Shown here in pieces: positions 8,990 to 18,679 of a stretch of 64,000 nt of DNA. This stretch comes from Flavobacteriaceae bacterium. Its GTDB lineage: Bacteria; Bacteroidota; Bacteroidia; Flavobacteriales; Flavobacteriaceae. The notes beneath the pieces were generated by a model, which did no database searches, was not told the origin of the DNA, and saw nothing but the letters and a program-made list of their open reading frames with translations. Position numbers and translations under genes: made by a program. Each line of letters opens with the position of its first letter. Within the stretch, counting starts at the first letter, position 1. Where the stretch lies: positions 5,901 to 69,900 of the forward strand of contig CANFHX010000004.1 of assembly GCA_947446865.1 (NCBI GenBank), in the 5' to 3' direction.

Positions 8990-10354
8990 CTAATTATACT
9001 TATCAAATAAATACATCAAGGAAGCCATTGTTGCGGCTCCGAGTTCTAATTCGCGTTTGTTTACGGCATCAAATTTATCATTCGCGGCATGATGGTAATC
9101 AAAGTAACGTTGCGAATCGGGATGCAATCCAACCTTCACAATATTTTCCGATTGAATCGGTTCCACATCGGTTCCCGAATGGCCTTTTTCAAAAATATGA
9201 ATCAAATACGGTTCGAATAAATTCTTCCAACCTGCAATTTTAGTAAAGTTCACTTCATCTGAATCTATAGAAAATCCTCTTGGTGAAAATCCTCCCGAAT
9301 CGCTTTCCATGGCAAAAATGTGATTTTCTTTATTTTTAGTGGCTTCTTCTCCATATTTAGTTCCGCCTTTCACTCCGTTTTCTTCATTCATAAATAGCAC
9401 TCCTCGAATCGTATTTTTAGGATGGTAATCCAATTTTTTAAACAATTCCAAAACGGCCATACTTTGCACACAACCTGCACCATCATCTTGCGAGCCATCG
9501 CCTAAATCCCAAGAATCCAAGTGGCCTCCAACTACCATAATTCGCTCCGGATGTTCCGAACCTTTAATTTCACCAATAACATTATACGATTTTACGTCGG
9601 CAAAACTTTGACACGATTGTTTGAAATATAAGGAAAGGTTGGAATTTGTTTTCAGAAGTTTGCTTAAAGCCTCTGCCCCATTGGTAGAAATGGCTGCAGC
9701 AGGAATTCTTTTTTCTATAGGAGTATCTTTGTAATTGGTCATTCCGGTATGCGGTAAATCGTCTAAACGAAGATTCATCGAACGCACAATTACTCCAACA
9801 GCACCCAATTCTCCAGCTTCTCTTGCACCCGAAGATCGTTGGTCTACGCAACTACCGTATGCGTGAAACGTTTCAATAAATTCGGGATTCATTGGTCGGT
9901 TAAAGAAAATAATTTTGCCTTTCACTTTTTCAGCACCTAAGGCTTTTAATTCTTCTATACTTTTCACTTCCAGAATTGAAGCGTTCAAACCATTTTTAGG
10001 CGTAGCAACCGATAAGCCCAAAGCACAAATTGGAAACGTGATTTTATTTTTCCCATCGGTAACATAAGCCACTTCTTTTTCACCTCGCACCCATTTTGGC
10101 ACCATCACTTCTTGTAAATAGACTTTATCCAAACCAAGAGTTTCCATTTGTTGCTTGGTGTACAAAACTCCTTTTTCGGCACCAGCTGAGCCCGATAATC
10201 GTTGTCCTACTTTATTAGACAAATCGTCTAACCAACCATAGCAATGACTTTCGGTTAATGCCGATTTGTAAATTTGTTTCAACATGGCTTCGTCGGCATT
10301 TTGCGAGAAGCATAAAGTAGATTGAAGAAGTACTATAAACAGGGCTTTTTTCAT
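8990..10354 (-). CDS. M28/M20-family peptidase (carboxypeptidase Q-like, with PA domain)
   Basis: GGHLDSWD, DDGAG, EENG, ESD and HH zinc ligands. Signal peptide from ATG 10354. Confidence 0.9.
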   Translation of the reverse strand: MKKALFIVLLQSTLCFSQNADEAMLKQIYKSALTESHCYGWLDDLSNKVGQRLSGSAGAEKGVLYTKQQMETLGLDKVYLQEVMVPKWVRGEKEVAYVTDGKNKITFPICALGLSVATPKNGLNASILEVKSIEELKALGAEKVKGKIIFFNRPMNPEFIETFHAYGSCVDQRSSGAREAGELGAVGVIVRSMNLRLDDLPHTGMTNYKDTPIEKRIPAAAISTNGAEALSKLLKTNSNLSLYFKQSCQSFADVKSYNVIGEIKGSEHPERIMVVGGHLDSWDLGDGSQDDGAGCVQSMAVLELFKKLDYHPKNTIRGVLFMNEENGVKGGTKYGEEATKNKENHIFAMESDSGGFSPRGFSIDSDEVNFTKIAGWKNLFEPYLIHIFEKGHSGTDVEPIQSENIVKVGLHPDSQRYFDYHHAANDKFDAVNKRELELGAATMASLMYLFDKYN

Positions 10355-10426
10355 GGTGCGTATAATTTGCATCAAAAATAAATTAAAAAACTTTCAATTT
10401 TACATAAATTCTAAATGTATAAAAAT

Positions 10427-10462
10427 AAACTCCGAAAGAAATTACTATTTCAATCGGAGTTT
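10427..10462 (-). terminator. Terminator of the GH97-MFS operon
   Basis: aaactccga ... tcggagttt inverted repeat with flanking A/T runs. Confidence 0.7.
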
Positions 10463-10476
10463 TGTTTTTAAAAAAG

Positions 10477-10518
10477 TTCACTGAACACTAATTACTGATC
10501 ACTGAATACTGAACACTA
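10477..10518 (-). repeat. Six degenerate heptamers right after the MFS stop, same family as 2571-2605
   Basis: Minus strand TAGTGTT CAGTATT CAGTGAT CAGTAAT TAGTGTT CAGTGAA. Confidence 0.85.
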
Positions 10519-11955
10519 TTAATGCCCCCCACTAATTTTTTTATCAAAATCAATTCCTTGACTTTTTAATATCGAACTTACTTTCCAACCATAAAATGCT
10601 AGATAAGCAAAGCAAAGAACTCCCACTATATAACTATATTGAATTCCTATTGAATCGGCAACGGTTCCTTGCAACCAACTTACAATTCCACCACCCATAA
10701 TCATCATAATCAAGAAACTACTTCCTTGGCTAGTGTGTTTTCCCAAGCCACTTACTGCCAAAGTAAAAATACATGGCCATAACGTACTACAGAACAAACC
10801 AACGCTAATAAAAGCATATACCGAAACCATTCCGCTAGTTGCCATACCAACAAATAAAGAGATAATTCCCAATGCAGAGAATATTAACAACATTCGTGCA
10901 GGATTTCCTTTACTTGCAATATCTGCAGCAATTAACACTAAAATGATTACAGCATAAATATAGAAAGGTGCTAAATCGTGTTTTGCAATAGCATTAACTA
11001 CTAAGAAAACACCAAAAGCCAAATACGGTGCTACAAATCGCAATATTTTTTGCAAATCCATTTTATCGGTAAAGGCTTCTACCGCTCCAGTCCATCGACC
11101 AATCATCAAACTTGCCCAATATAAAGAAACATACGGAGCAATATCTTTAGTTAAAAACCCAAGACTTTTTTCCATATAAGCAGGTAAATTACTTGCTGTA
11201 GAAACTTCTACCCCTACATAAATAAAAATAGCAATCATACCCAAAATTAATTGTGGGTATTTCAAAGCCGAACTTCTAGAGTTTTTTTCATCATCAACAG
11301 ATTCTACAATAGTTGCAGGATGTTCTGGCAAAGAAGACATTTTAAGTAATATTGCTACTAGTAAAAAGGCAACTCCTAATATTAAATACGGAATTTTCAC
11401 GCTTTCAATACTCATTTCGGTATTTCCTGAAGCAGCCGATCCAAAAATGGCAAAACTCACAATTAATGGTCCGATGGTAGTTCCAAGATTATTAATTCCT
11501 CCTGCTAAAGTCAATCGTTGCGATCCTGTAGTTATTGGTCCTAAAGCAATTGCTAACGGGTTGGCAACTGTTTGTTGTAACGAAAACCCTAAGGCAACGG
11601 TAAACAAACCAGATAACATTAAAGGAAACGAATGCATATTTGCCGCTGGATAAAACAATAAAGTTCCTAAAGCAGAAATGGTTAATCCTAATGCCAATCC
11701 GTTTTTGTATCCAATTTTGTTTACTAAATCTTTTCCTATTGCTAGTGAAATTAGCATGTAAATAATAGAACCTACAGTGTAAGCGATATAAAATGCAACC
11801 GAAACCAATTGGCTTTGCCCTTGTGTTAAATCGAATGCTTTTTTGAAAACGGGAATTAAAATATCATTACTAGCTGCAACAAATCCCCAAAAGAAGAATA
11901 CGGTTACTAGCGGAATAAATTGCGCCCAATTAGTTTTAGTTTGTTCTGAATTCAT
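10519..11955 (-). CDS. MFS sugar transporter (FucP/GluP glucose-galactose type)
   Basis: About 12 TM helices, FFFWGF, LQQTVANP, IYVGVEV, GGGIV motifs. Confidence 0.9.
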   Translation of the reverse strand: MNSEQTKTNWAQFIPLVTVFFFWGFVAASNDILIPVFKKAFDLTQGQSQLVSVAFYIAYTVGSIIYMLISLAIGKDLVNKIGYKNGLALGLTISALGTLLFYPAANMHSFPLMLSGLFTVALGFSLQQTVANPLAIALGPITTGSQRLTLAGGINNLGTTIGPLIVSFAIFGSAASGNTEMSIESVKIPYLILGVAFLLVAILLKMSSLPEHPATIVESVDDEKNSRSSALKYPQLILGMIAIFIYVGVEVSTASNLPAYMEKSLGFLTKDIAPYVSLYWASLMIGRWTGAVEAFTDKMDLQKILRFVAPYLAFGVFLVVNAIAKHDLAPFYIYAVIILVLIAADIASKGNPARMLLIFSALGIISLFVGMATSGMVSVYAFISVGLFCSTLWPCIFTLAVSGLGKHTSQGSSFLIMMIMGGGIVSWLQGTVADSIGIQYSYIVGVLCFAYLAFYGWKVSSILKSQGIDFDKKISGGH

Positions 11956-11984
11956 AGTTTTTTAGTTTGGTTGGTTTTAGTTGG

Positions 11985-14084
11985 TTAATTTATAGGTTGA
12001 AAACTAATAGCAGTTCCACCTCCGTTAGCCAAATGTAATTTAATTTTTGACTTAAAAGTAACTTGTATAGCTTTTATTTGATAACTTTTTGGATTATTTT
12101 TCCAATCGGCATCGGTACCATCCTTATATATAATGGCTTTGTATTTTTTATTAGGAGAAAGAAAATCCAATTTAATTTCTGTATCTCTTGCATTTTCATC
12201 GGTAATTGCTCCCAAAAACCAACGTTCTCCATTTTTTTCTTTTCTTGCAACGGTCAAATAATCGCCTGGTTCAGCTTCTAAATATTTAGAATCTTGCCAA
12301 TCTACAGCAACGTCTTTTATAAACTGAAAAGCATCTGGGTAACGCTCGTAATTTTCTGGTAAATCGGCTGCCATTTGCACAGGCGAATACATCGTTAGGT
12401 ATAAAGCCAATTGTTTTGCCAAAGTGGTATGCACTTGTTCGGTTTTGGTTTTATCGTAATAACTCATTTTGATTTCAAAAATTCCAGGTGTGTAATCCAT
12501 TGGACCACCTAATAATCTAGTGAAAGGCAAAATCGTTTCGTGCATTGGCGGATTTCCAACACTCCAAGCATTGAATTCATTACCACGAGCGGCTTCGGCA
12601 GCAACATAATTAGGATAGGTTCTGCTGTAACCTGTTGGTCGTGAACTTTCGTGAGAATCTACCATTAGTTGGTAATCGGCTGCGCGTTGTGCAACATAAT
12701 TAAAATGGTTTACCATGGTTTGTCCGTCATGAAATTCGCCACGAGGAATGATTCTTCCTACATAACCCGTCTTCACTGCTGGGTAACCGTATTCTTTCAT
12801 CAAATTAAAAGCACGATCCAAATGTCTTTCGTAATTAGCCACCGAAGCCGAAGTTTCGTTGTGCATAATCATTTTCACTCCTTTGGATTTTGCGTAATCG
12901 TTTACTTCCTTCAAATTATAATCTGGGTAAGGCGTAACGAAATCGAAAACATTTTCTTTCCAATTCCCAAACCAATCTTCCCAACCGGTGTTCCAGCCTT
13001 CTACAAGAACTCCGTCGAAACCATTTTTGGCAGCAAAATCAATGTATCTTTTAGTGTTTTCAGTAGTTGCACCGTGTTTTCCAGATGGTTTTAACTTTCC
13101 GTCGGCAGCATTTTGTGCATTTTGAGAACCTGCATAATCCCAAGTAGATTTACCCACGTGCATTTCCCACCAAACTCCTACAAATTTCATTGGTTTAATG
13201 AACGAAACATCTTTAATTTTACATGGTTCGTTAAGGTTCAAAATCATTTTAGAACCCACAATGTCACGGGCATCATCACTTACCATGATGGTTCTCCAAG
13301 GAGAAACACAAGGCGTTTGCAAATAGGCTTTATCCCCAATGGCATTGGGCACTAAATGAGAAGTAAGTTGGAAAGCCTCAGGAACTAAATCCAAATGCAT
13401 TACAGGATAATTTACCACTGCTGCTTCAAAGATATTAATGTAAACTCCTTCTGCCGATTTCATCATTAAGGGCGATTGAATAACGAATTTTCCGGCAATA
13501 GATTTTAATCCGATACCGTTATTTTTATCAATATTATCGGTGTTTATTTCGGATAATTTTGATTCGGTATAAGGATATTCTTGGCTATCAAAATCTCCTG
13601 GAAGCCAAAAAGTTTTATGATTCCCGGTTAAATTAAATTGCGTTTTTTCATCTGAAATGATAAAATAATCTAGGTTTCTTTGCTTCGGAAAATCATAGCG
13701 AAACGCCACTCCTTCATCAAATACTCTGAAAACAATATTTATTTTTCTGTTAGTTGATTGTTGGGAAAGCGCAACCTTCATTTCGTTGTAGTTGTTTTTT
13801 ATGTTGGACTGCTCTCCCAGAACAGGCTGCCAAGTTTCGTTAACCTTTTTTTGACCTATACTGTCGATGCGGAAATTAGCATCTAAAGCAGGTAATCCTT
13901 TTAATAGAATTGCTAAAGTACTTTCCTTTACAATGGATTGATTTTTATAATTTACGAAATAGGTTGGTTTTCCCTCTTTGGAAAGACTAAAAGTAAGGCT
14001 TACCTTTTGGGATGGCGAAAGAATGTTTTGGGAATTACCAATGGTGACACAAAACAATAACACTAATAAGGGTAGTTTTTTCAT
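11985..14084 (-). CDS. Glycoside hydrolase family 97 (SusB-like alpha-glucosidase)
   Basis: VLVEGWN, MHNETS, VKTGYV, EAARGNE, GPMDYTPGIF motifs. Signal peptide from ATG 14084. Confidence 0.93.
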   Translation of the reverse strand: MKKLPLLVLLFCVTIGNSQNILSPSQKVSLTFSLSKEGKPTYFVNYKNQSIVKESTLAILLKGLPALDANFRIDSIGQKKVNETWQPVLGEQSNIKNNYNEMKVALSQQSTNRKINIVFRVFDEGVAFRYDFPKQRNLDYFIISDEKTQFNLTGNHKTFWLPGDFDSQEYPYTESKLSEINTDNIDKNNGIGLKSIAGKFVIQSPLMMKSAEGVYINIFEAAVVNYPVMHLDLVPEAFQLTSHLVPNAIGDKAYLQTPCVSPWRTIMVSDDARDIVGSKMILNLNEPCKIKDVSFIKPMKFVGVWWEMHVGKSTWDYAGSQNAQNAADGKLKPSGKHGATTENTKRYIDFAAKNGFDGVLVEGWNTGWEDWFGNWKENVFDFVTPYPDYNLKEVNDYAKSKGVKMIMHNETSASVANYERHLDRAFNLMKEYGYPAVKTGYVGRIIPRGEFHDGQTMVNHFNYVAQRAADYQLMVDSHESSRPTGYSRTYPNYVAAEAARGNEFNAWSVGNPPMHETILPFTRLLGGPMDYTPGIFEIKMSYYDKTKTEQVHTTLAKQLALYLTMYSPVQMAADLPENYERYPDAFQFIKDVAVDWQDSKYLEAEPGDYLTVARKEKNGERWFLGAITDENARDTEIKLDFLSPNKKYKAIIYKDGTDADWKNNPKSYQIKAIQVTFKSKIKLHLANGGGTAISFQPIN

Positions 14085-14221
14085 AACAAAATAAGAGATA
14101 CGAGAGCTAAATAAACTTGGATTTTTAATTCGATTTAAAATTGAATTGTTCCTAAACAATAAATTTTCATAAAAATACATTTATAAACAATGCGTAATAA
14201 AATTACCTACAAAAAAAGTTT

Positions 14222-14237
14222 ACGCAAACGTTTTCTT
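14222..14237. promoter_or_regulatory. Candidate LacI-family operator over the GH97-MFS promoter
   Basis: ACGCAAACGTTTTCTT with CG-centred AAACGTTT core. Overlaps a TTTG (-33) located 19 nt from TAATTTTA (14205-14198). Confidence 0.6.
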
Positions 14238-14252
14238 GTTGACAATTTCCAT

Positions 14253-14279
14253 AAAAAAATCCCGATTTTACTCGGGATT
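14253..14279 (-). terminator. Rho-independent terminator
   Basis: aatcccga-ttttac-tcgggatt with an A run (U tail on minus strand). Confidence 0.8.
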
Positions 14280-14284
14280 GAATT

Positions 14285-15487
14285 TTATTTTCCATCTACA
14301 TAATCTTGTAGGTAAGCGAATCGTTCGGTTAGTTTACCGTTTTCGGTCATTTTTGCTCGTTGTAAAATACCGTCCTTATCGCCATTAAAAAATGCTGGAA
14401 TAACATGTTGCATGAACATTTCTCCAAAGCCTTCGCTGGCATCTTTTGGTAATTCGCAAGGCAAATTATCTACGGACATTACCAATATAGAACCTGGATG
14501 CGTGTAAGGAACTTCTTTATTTTCGGAAGCCAAATACCCAAAGAAAGGATCGGCAATAGTAGATGCTTTGAGGGTACAAGCCACAGGACCATTAACATCA
14601 CAAGAAATATCGGCAACGACTTTAATTTTGCAATCGGCTGCTTTTAGCATTTCGTTAGTTAAAATATCTGGAGCGCCATTTCCGTGAAAATGACCTGCCA
14701 TATAAATATCGGAAACTTTAGTGAATCGCTCAAAATCGGAAGTGTACTCTTGAGGATTTTTATAGAAATCTTTATTGTCTAAAACTTTTCCGTCCAAACG
14801 TTTGTTATAATCTAAAACATCAATTTGAGTATATACTGGTGAAGAATATTTTTTATTTAAAAAATCGGATACAGAAACCTCTTTTATCTTCATTCCGTCT
14901 AGCATTTCTTTAATTCCCATGCCTACTTTTCCGAAACCTGTAACTACAATTTTAAGATTAGGAAGCGTTTGTCTTTTTAGTCTAACAATTAAATCTTCTT
15001 GATTTTTTAAAGTTTCAGCTTTGGGCAAATTAAATAAATCGTATTTGATTCCGAAACCTCTAAAACCATTGTAAGCACCAACAATTCCGGCATATCTTCC
15101 AAAACCAATTAATCGTCTATTATTAGCGTCTACAATTGTTTCGTGATCGTAAAGTTCGATGTTTTTATCTAAAACTGCTTGCAATAATTTTCTGTTATAG
15201 GGCTGTTTTTTTATCGTATGCGAAAAGAAAAAATATTTTTTATTTGGAATTAATGCTTCTACAGGAATTTCTTTTACTCCAAAAAGCACATCGCAATCGC
15301 TTAAATCCGTTGCAACTTCAATACCTAAATTGGTGTATTGTTCATCAGTAAAAACTCTAATATCCGATGTTTCCACTTTAACAATGGCATCTGGATGTTC
15401 GGCTTGTAATCTAACTAATTCTTCGGGGGTGAAAACTACTCTTCTATCGGGTGGGTTTTTTCTTTCTTTAACTATTCCAAATTTCAT
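14285..15487 (-). CDS. AlaDH/PNT-family NAD(P)-dependent oxidoreductase (saccharopine dehydrogenase / lysine-ketoglutarate reductase-like)
   Basis: PPDRRVVFTP, GVKEIP, FFSHTIKKQPYN, ADISCD, VDNLPCELPKDAS. Start moved to ATG 15487. Confidence 0.85.
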   Translation of the reverse strand: MKFGIVKERKNPPDRRVVFTPEELVRLQAEHPDAIVKVETSDIRVFTDEQYTNLGIEVATDLSDCDVLFGVKEIPVEALIPNKKYFFFSHTIKKQPYNRKLLQAVLDKNIELYDHETIVDANNRRLIGFGRYAGIVGAYNGFRGFGIKYDLFNLPKAETLKNQEDLIVRLKRQTLPNLKIVVTGFGKVGMGIKEMLDGMKIKEVSVSDFLNKKYSSPVYTQIDVLDYNKRLDGKVLDNKDFYKNPQEYTSDFERFTKVSDIYMAGHFHGNGAPDILTNEMLKAADCKIKVVADISCDVNGPVACTLKASTIADPFFGYLASENKEVPYTHPGSILVMSVDNLPCELPKDASEGFGEMFMQHVIPAFFNGDKDGILQRAKMTENGKLTERFAYLQDYVDGK

Positions 15488-15713
15488 TTGTAGGGTGTTC
15501 TTGTTTGTTTGTGTGGCAAAAATACCATTAACGAAATCGTTTTCAAAACATTTAAGAGAATAATTACAAATACACAAATAGTACTATTTACTGAAAAACA
15601 AAGGATTACCATTTTGTAATCCAAGATTGTGAAAAACATGTTAATAGCTTTCTCAAAAACTGTTTTGGCAGGGAATTGTATTACTTATATTTGCTTTTTT
15701 ATCCCCCCAATTA

Positions 15714-16910
15714 ATGAAAAAAAGAATTCTCCTATATAGTCTCTTACTTGTTTCTCTAACTACTTCAGTCAGTAGTTGTAAAAAAAACACAAATACTCCT
15801 GAAAAAGTAGTTAAAATCAATGAAAATGGACTTCCTGTATTGCATCCTTTACAAGATGAAATGCCCCAACTTACTTCTAGTTATTGCATGGATAAAAAGT
15901 TACATATAGATTCTTTTTTTCATAAAGTATGGAATAAAGAAGATAATGTAAGTTTCTTGGTGGCGCAAAACGGACAAATTTTGTACGAAAATTACAATGG
16001 ATTTGCTAATAGAAGCAAAAAAGAATTAATTACTGCAGATACCCCGCTTCATATTGCTTCAGTAAGCAAGGTAGTAACTTCAACCGCAGTATTAATGTTA
16101 GTAGATGCAGGCAAAATTAAACTAGAACAAAAAGTAACCGAATTTCTGCCTGATTTTCCTTATCCTGATGTAACTATTTTAACTTTGTTGAACCACCGAA
16201 GCGGCATGAAAAATTATGCTTATTTTACTTACGATGATGGCAATTGGGACAGAAAAAAAGAACTTAGCAATCAAGACATTATTAAGGTAATGAATGACAA
16301 ACATATTGCATTAGAATCAAAAACAGATACTCGTTTTGGCTATTGCAATACAAATTATGCCATGTTGGCATTAATTATCGAAAAAGTTACCGAATTAAAA
16401 TATCCAGAAGCGATGCAAGAAATGATTTTCAAACCTTTGGGCATGACGCACACTTTTGTTTACGAAACTGCCAAACATAAAGGCAAAGTTTCTTTATCCT
16501 ACAAAGGCAATATGGACTTAGCTGTTGAATATTTGGATGGCGTTTATGGTGATAAAAACATTTACTCTACACCAAGAGATTTATTAAAGTTTGATGTGGC
16601 GCGCTACTCTCCTTCTTATTTAAATCCGAAATTATTGGAAAAAGTGTACCATGGTTATAGTAATGAAAAGAAAGGGAAACGAAATTATGGATTGGGAATT
16701 CGAATGTTAGAATTTGAAGAAGGAGAACCTTTTTATTACCACAATGGATGGTGGCATGGTAATACTTCTTGTTATATCAACATGAAGAAAGAAAAGGTTA
16801 CAATGTTCGTCATCTCTAATAAATACACTCACAAAACCTACAAAACAAAACAATTAGCTCCTTTATTTGGCGACTATCCTTTTAAAACAATAGATGAAAA
16901 GGAAGAATAG
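15714..16910 (+). CDS. Serine hydrolase, beta-lactamase class C / PBP-like lipoprotein
   Basis: SxxK (SVSK), YxN (YCN) and HNG motifs, lipobox-like VSSC. Confidence 0.88.
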   Translation: MKKRILLYSLLLVSLTTSVSSCKKNTNTPEKVVKINENGLPVLHPLQDEMPQLTSSYCMDKKLHIDSFFHKVWNKEDNVSFLVAQNGQILYENYNGFANRSKKELITADTPLHIASVSKVVTSTAVLMLVDAGKIKLEQKVTEFLPDFPYPDVTILTLLNHRSGMKNYAYFTYDDGNWDRKKELSNQDIIKVMNDKHIALESKTDTRFGYCNTNYAMLALIIEKVTELKYPEAMQEMIFKPLGMTHTFVYETAKHKGKVSLSYKGNMDLAVEYLDGVYGDKNIYSTPRDLLKFDVARYSPSYLNPKLLEKVYHGYSNEKKGKRNYGLGIRMLEFEEGEPFYYHNGWWHGNTSCYINMKKEKVTMFVISNKYTHKTYKTKQLAPLFGDYPFKTIDEKEE

Positions 16911-16951
16911 TGTATACTAAATAATCCTACCGAGTTGACTTATTACATACC

Positions 16952-16986
16952 TAAACCATCATTTTTTGATGGTTTATTTTTTTTTA
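16952..16986 (+). terminator. Rho-independent terminator
   Basis: taaaccatca-ttttt-tgatggttta plus T run. Confidence 0.85.
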
Positions 16987-17040
16987 GTAAACTTCACTAA
17001 AAATTAACAATAGTTAAAACTTCTTGAAATTAATTTTAGC

Positions 17041-17076
17041 ATAAGTTTTTTCTATTATAAGATAAGAATAAATCAT
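17041..17076 (+). promoter_or_regulatory. Possible OxyR-type (LysR) site upstream of ahpC
   Basis: ATAA-N7-CTAT-N6-ATAA-N7-TCAT just upstream of TTG (17088) and TAAATTTG (17109-17116). The sequence is AT-rich, so the match is weak. Confidence 0.4.
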
Positions 17077-17152
17077 AAAAACTACTATTGTACTGGTAAT
17101 ACATTTCGTAAATTTGTATTCAGAAATAAATTAATAACTAAAATTATATATT

Positions 17153-17788
17153 ATGTCTTTAGTAGGAAAACAATTCCCAAACATTACAGTAGATGCTATC
17201 TCTTTTATGGGAGATAACTTAAAAATTAACGTTCTTGAAGAAGCAACTAAAAACAAGAAAAAAGTAGTTTTGTTCTGGTATCCAAAAGATTTTACTTTTG
17301 TATGTCCAACCGAATTACATGCTTTTCAAGCTGCTTTGCAAGAATTTGAAAAAAGAAACACAATGGTTATTGGTGCTTCTTGTGATACTAACGAAGTACA
17401 TTTTGCTTGGTTAAATACACCTAAAAACAACGGTGGAATTGAAGGAGTTACTTACCCAATTTTGGCGGATACTACTCGTAACTTATCTTCTGCATTAGAT
17501 ATTTTGGATGCAGAATGGGTTTACGATGAAGAATTAAACGACGAAATATTAGAAGGCTCTAATGTTACTTTCAGAGCTACCTATTTAATTGATGAAGAAG
17601 GTAAAATTTTCCACGAAAGTGTAAATGACATGCCACTAGGAAGAAACGTTCATGAATATATTCGTTTAGTGGATGCATATACTCACGTACAAACTAAAGG
17701 TGAAGTTTGTCCTGCTAACTGGGAAGAAGGAAAAGATGCTATGAGTCCGGATAGAGAAGGTACTGCTTCTTATTTAGCCTCTCATTAA
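17153..17788 (+). CDS. ahpC: 2-Cys peroxiredoxin (AhpC/Prx1)
   Basis: FWYPKDFTFVCPTE and GEVCPANW. Confidence 0.93.
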   Translation: MSLVGKQFPNITVDAISFMGDNLKINVLEEATKNKKKVVLFWYPKDFTFVCPTELHAFQAALQEFEKRNTMVIGASCDTNEVHFAWLNTPKNNGGIEGVTYPILADTTRNLSSALDILDAEWVYDEELNDEILEGSNVTFRATYLIDEEGKIFHESVNDMPLGRNVHEYIRLVDAYTHVQTKGEVCPANWEEGKDAMSPDREGTASYLASH

Positions 17789-17795
17789 TAATTTG

Positions 17796-17855
17796 TTTCA
17801 GGTTTAAAGTTTCAAGTTGTAATAACTTGAAACTTTAAACTTTAAACCTTAAACT
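17796..17855. repeat. Inverted arrays of AAACYTN heptamers forming an intergenic hairpin
   Basis: tttcagg tttaaag tttcaag ttg / aacttga aacttta aacttta aacctta aact. Confidence 0.8.
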
Positions 17856-17862
17856 AAAAAAC

Positions 17863-18171
17863 ATGTTTTCAGAAATAGAACAAGATAATTTAGCCGAAGT
17901 TATTGCATCCAATGATGTTGTAGTTGTTCAGTATGCTGCATCCTGGTGTGGTAACTGCCGAATTATGAAACCAAAATTCAAAATGTTGGCTTCACAAAAT
18001 GAAGGAATTCCGTTTTTAATTGTAGATGCTGAGAAATTTCCAGAATCAAGAAAATTGGCTAAAGTAGATAATTTACCCACTTTTGCCACTTTCAAAAATG
18101 GCGTTTTAGTAAACCAAAGTCAAACGACTAAAGTTGAAGTTTTAACAGAATTAGTGAACGAAGTGGTTTAG
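17863..18171 (+). CDS. Thioredoxin-family protein (WCGNC)
   Basis: ASWCGNCR active site and LPTF cis-Pro loop. Confidence 0.9.
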   Translation: MFSEIEQDNLAEVIASNDVVVVQYAASWCGNCRIMKPKFKMLASQNEGIPFLIVDAEKFPESRKLAKVDNLPTFATFKNGVLVNQSQTTKVEVLTELVNEVV

Positions 18172-18189
18172 TAGATTACTTTATAAAGA

Positions 18190-18264
18190 TTCTAAGGTGC
18201 TAAGGTTCTAAGTTGCTAAGGATTTTAAAACTTAGATTCTTAGAACCTTAGCAACTTAGAACCT
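18190..18264. repeat. Inverted arrays of 8-mers (TKCTAAGK) forming an intergenic hairpin
   Basis: ttctaagg tgctaagg ttctaagt tgctaagg / acttagat tcttagaa ccttagca acttagaa. Confidence 0.85.
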
Positions 18265-18282
18265 ACTTAAAAAAAATATAAA

Positions 18283-18540
18283 ATGAAATTACCTGTAATA
18301 AAACATTTAACTCAATTTATTGAGAATAACGATCAAGATTATTTAGTGGAAACTATTGAAGTTCTTGAAAACCTTTGTGAAGTTTCTTCTTTAAAGGATG
18401 AAGAACTAGAAGTAATTGGAGAGTTAATTTCTAATATGTACGGCGCTTTAGAAGTGAACAAAATGATTAAAGAAGGTAAAGACAAAAAAGAGGCTTTAAA
18501 CGATTTTATGAAAAGGGTTTTAGGCTCTATTGACAAATAA
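18283..18540 (+). CDS. Small conserved acidic helical protein (DUF6952-like, recalled)
   Basis: 85 aa, third gene of the ahpC-trx unit, followed by a terminator. Confidence 0.8.
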   Translation: MKLPVIKHLTQFIENNDQDYLVETIEVLENLCEVSSLKDEELEVIGELISNMYGALEVNKMIKEGKDKKEALNDFMKRVLGSIDK

Positions 18541-18560
18541 TTCAATTAATATACCAAAAC

Positions 18561-18603
18561 AAAAAAATTCGCAAATAGATTTATTTTATTTGCGAATTTT
18601 TTA
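18561..18603. terminator. Bidirectional terminator between the ahpC operon and the ars operon
   Basis: aaaaattcgcaaata ... tatttgcgaattttt. Confidence 0.85.
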
Positions 18604-18605
18604 TT

Positions 18606-18673
18606 TAAACCGTTAAGATATTAAGGTTAATTAAGTACTAAACTTAATTTTTCTTAATTCCTTAATGGTTTTA
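18606..18673. repeat. Palindromic element built from TTAAG/CTTAA units
   Basis: aaaccgttaag...attaag...ttaag / cttaa...cttaa...cttaatggttt. Confidence 0.7.
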
Positions 18674-18679
18674 AAAAAT

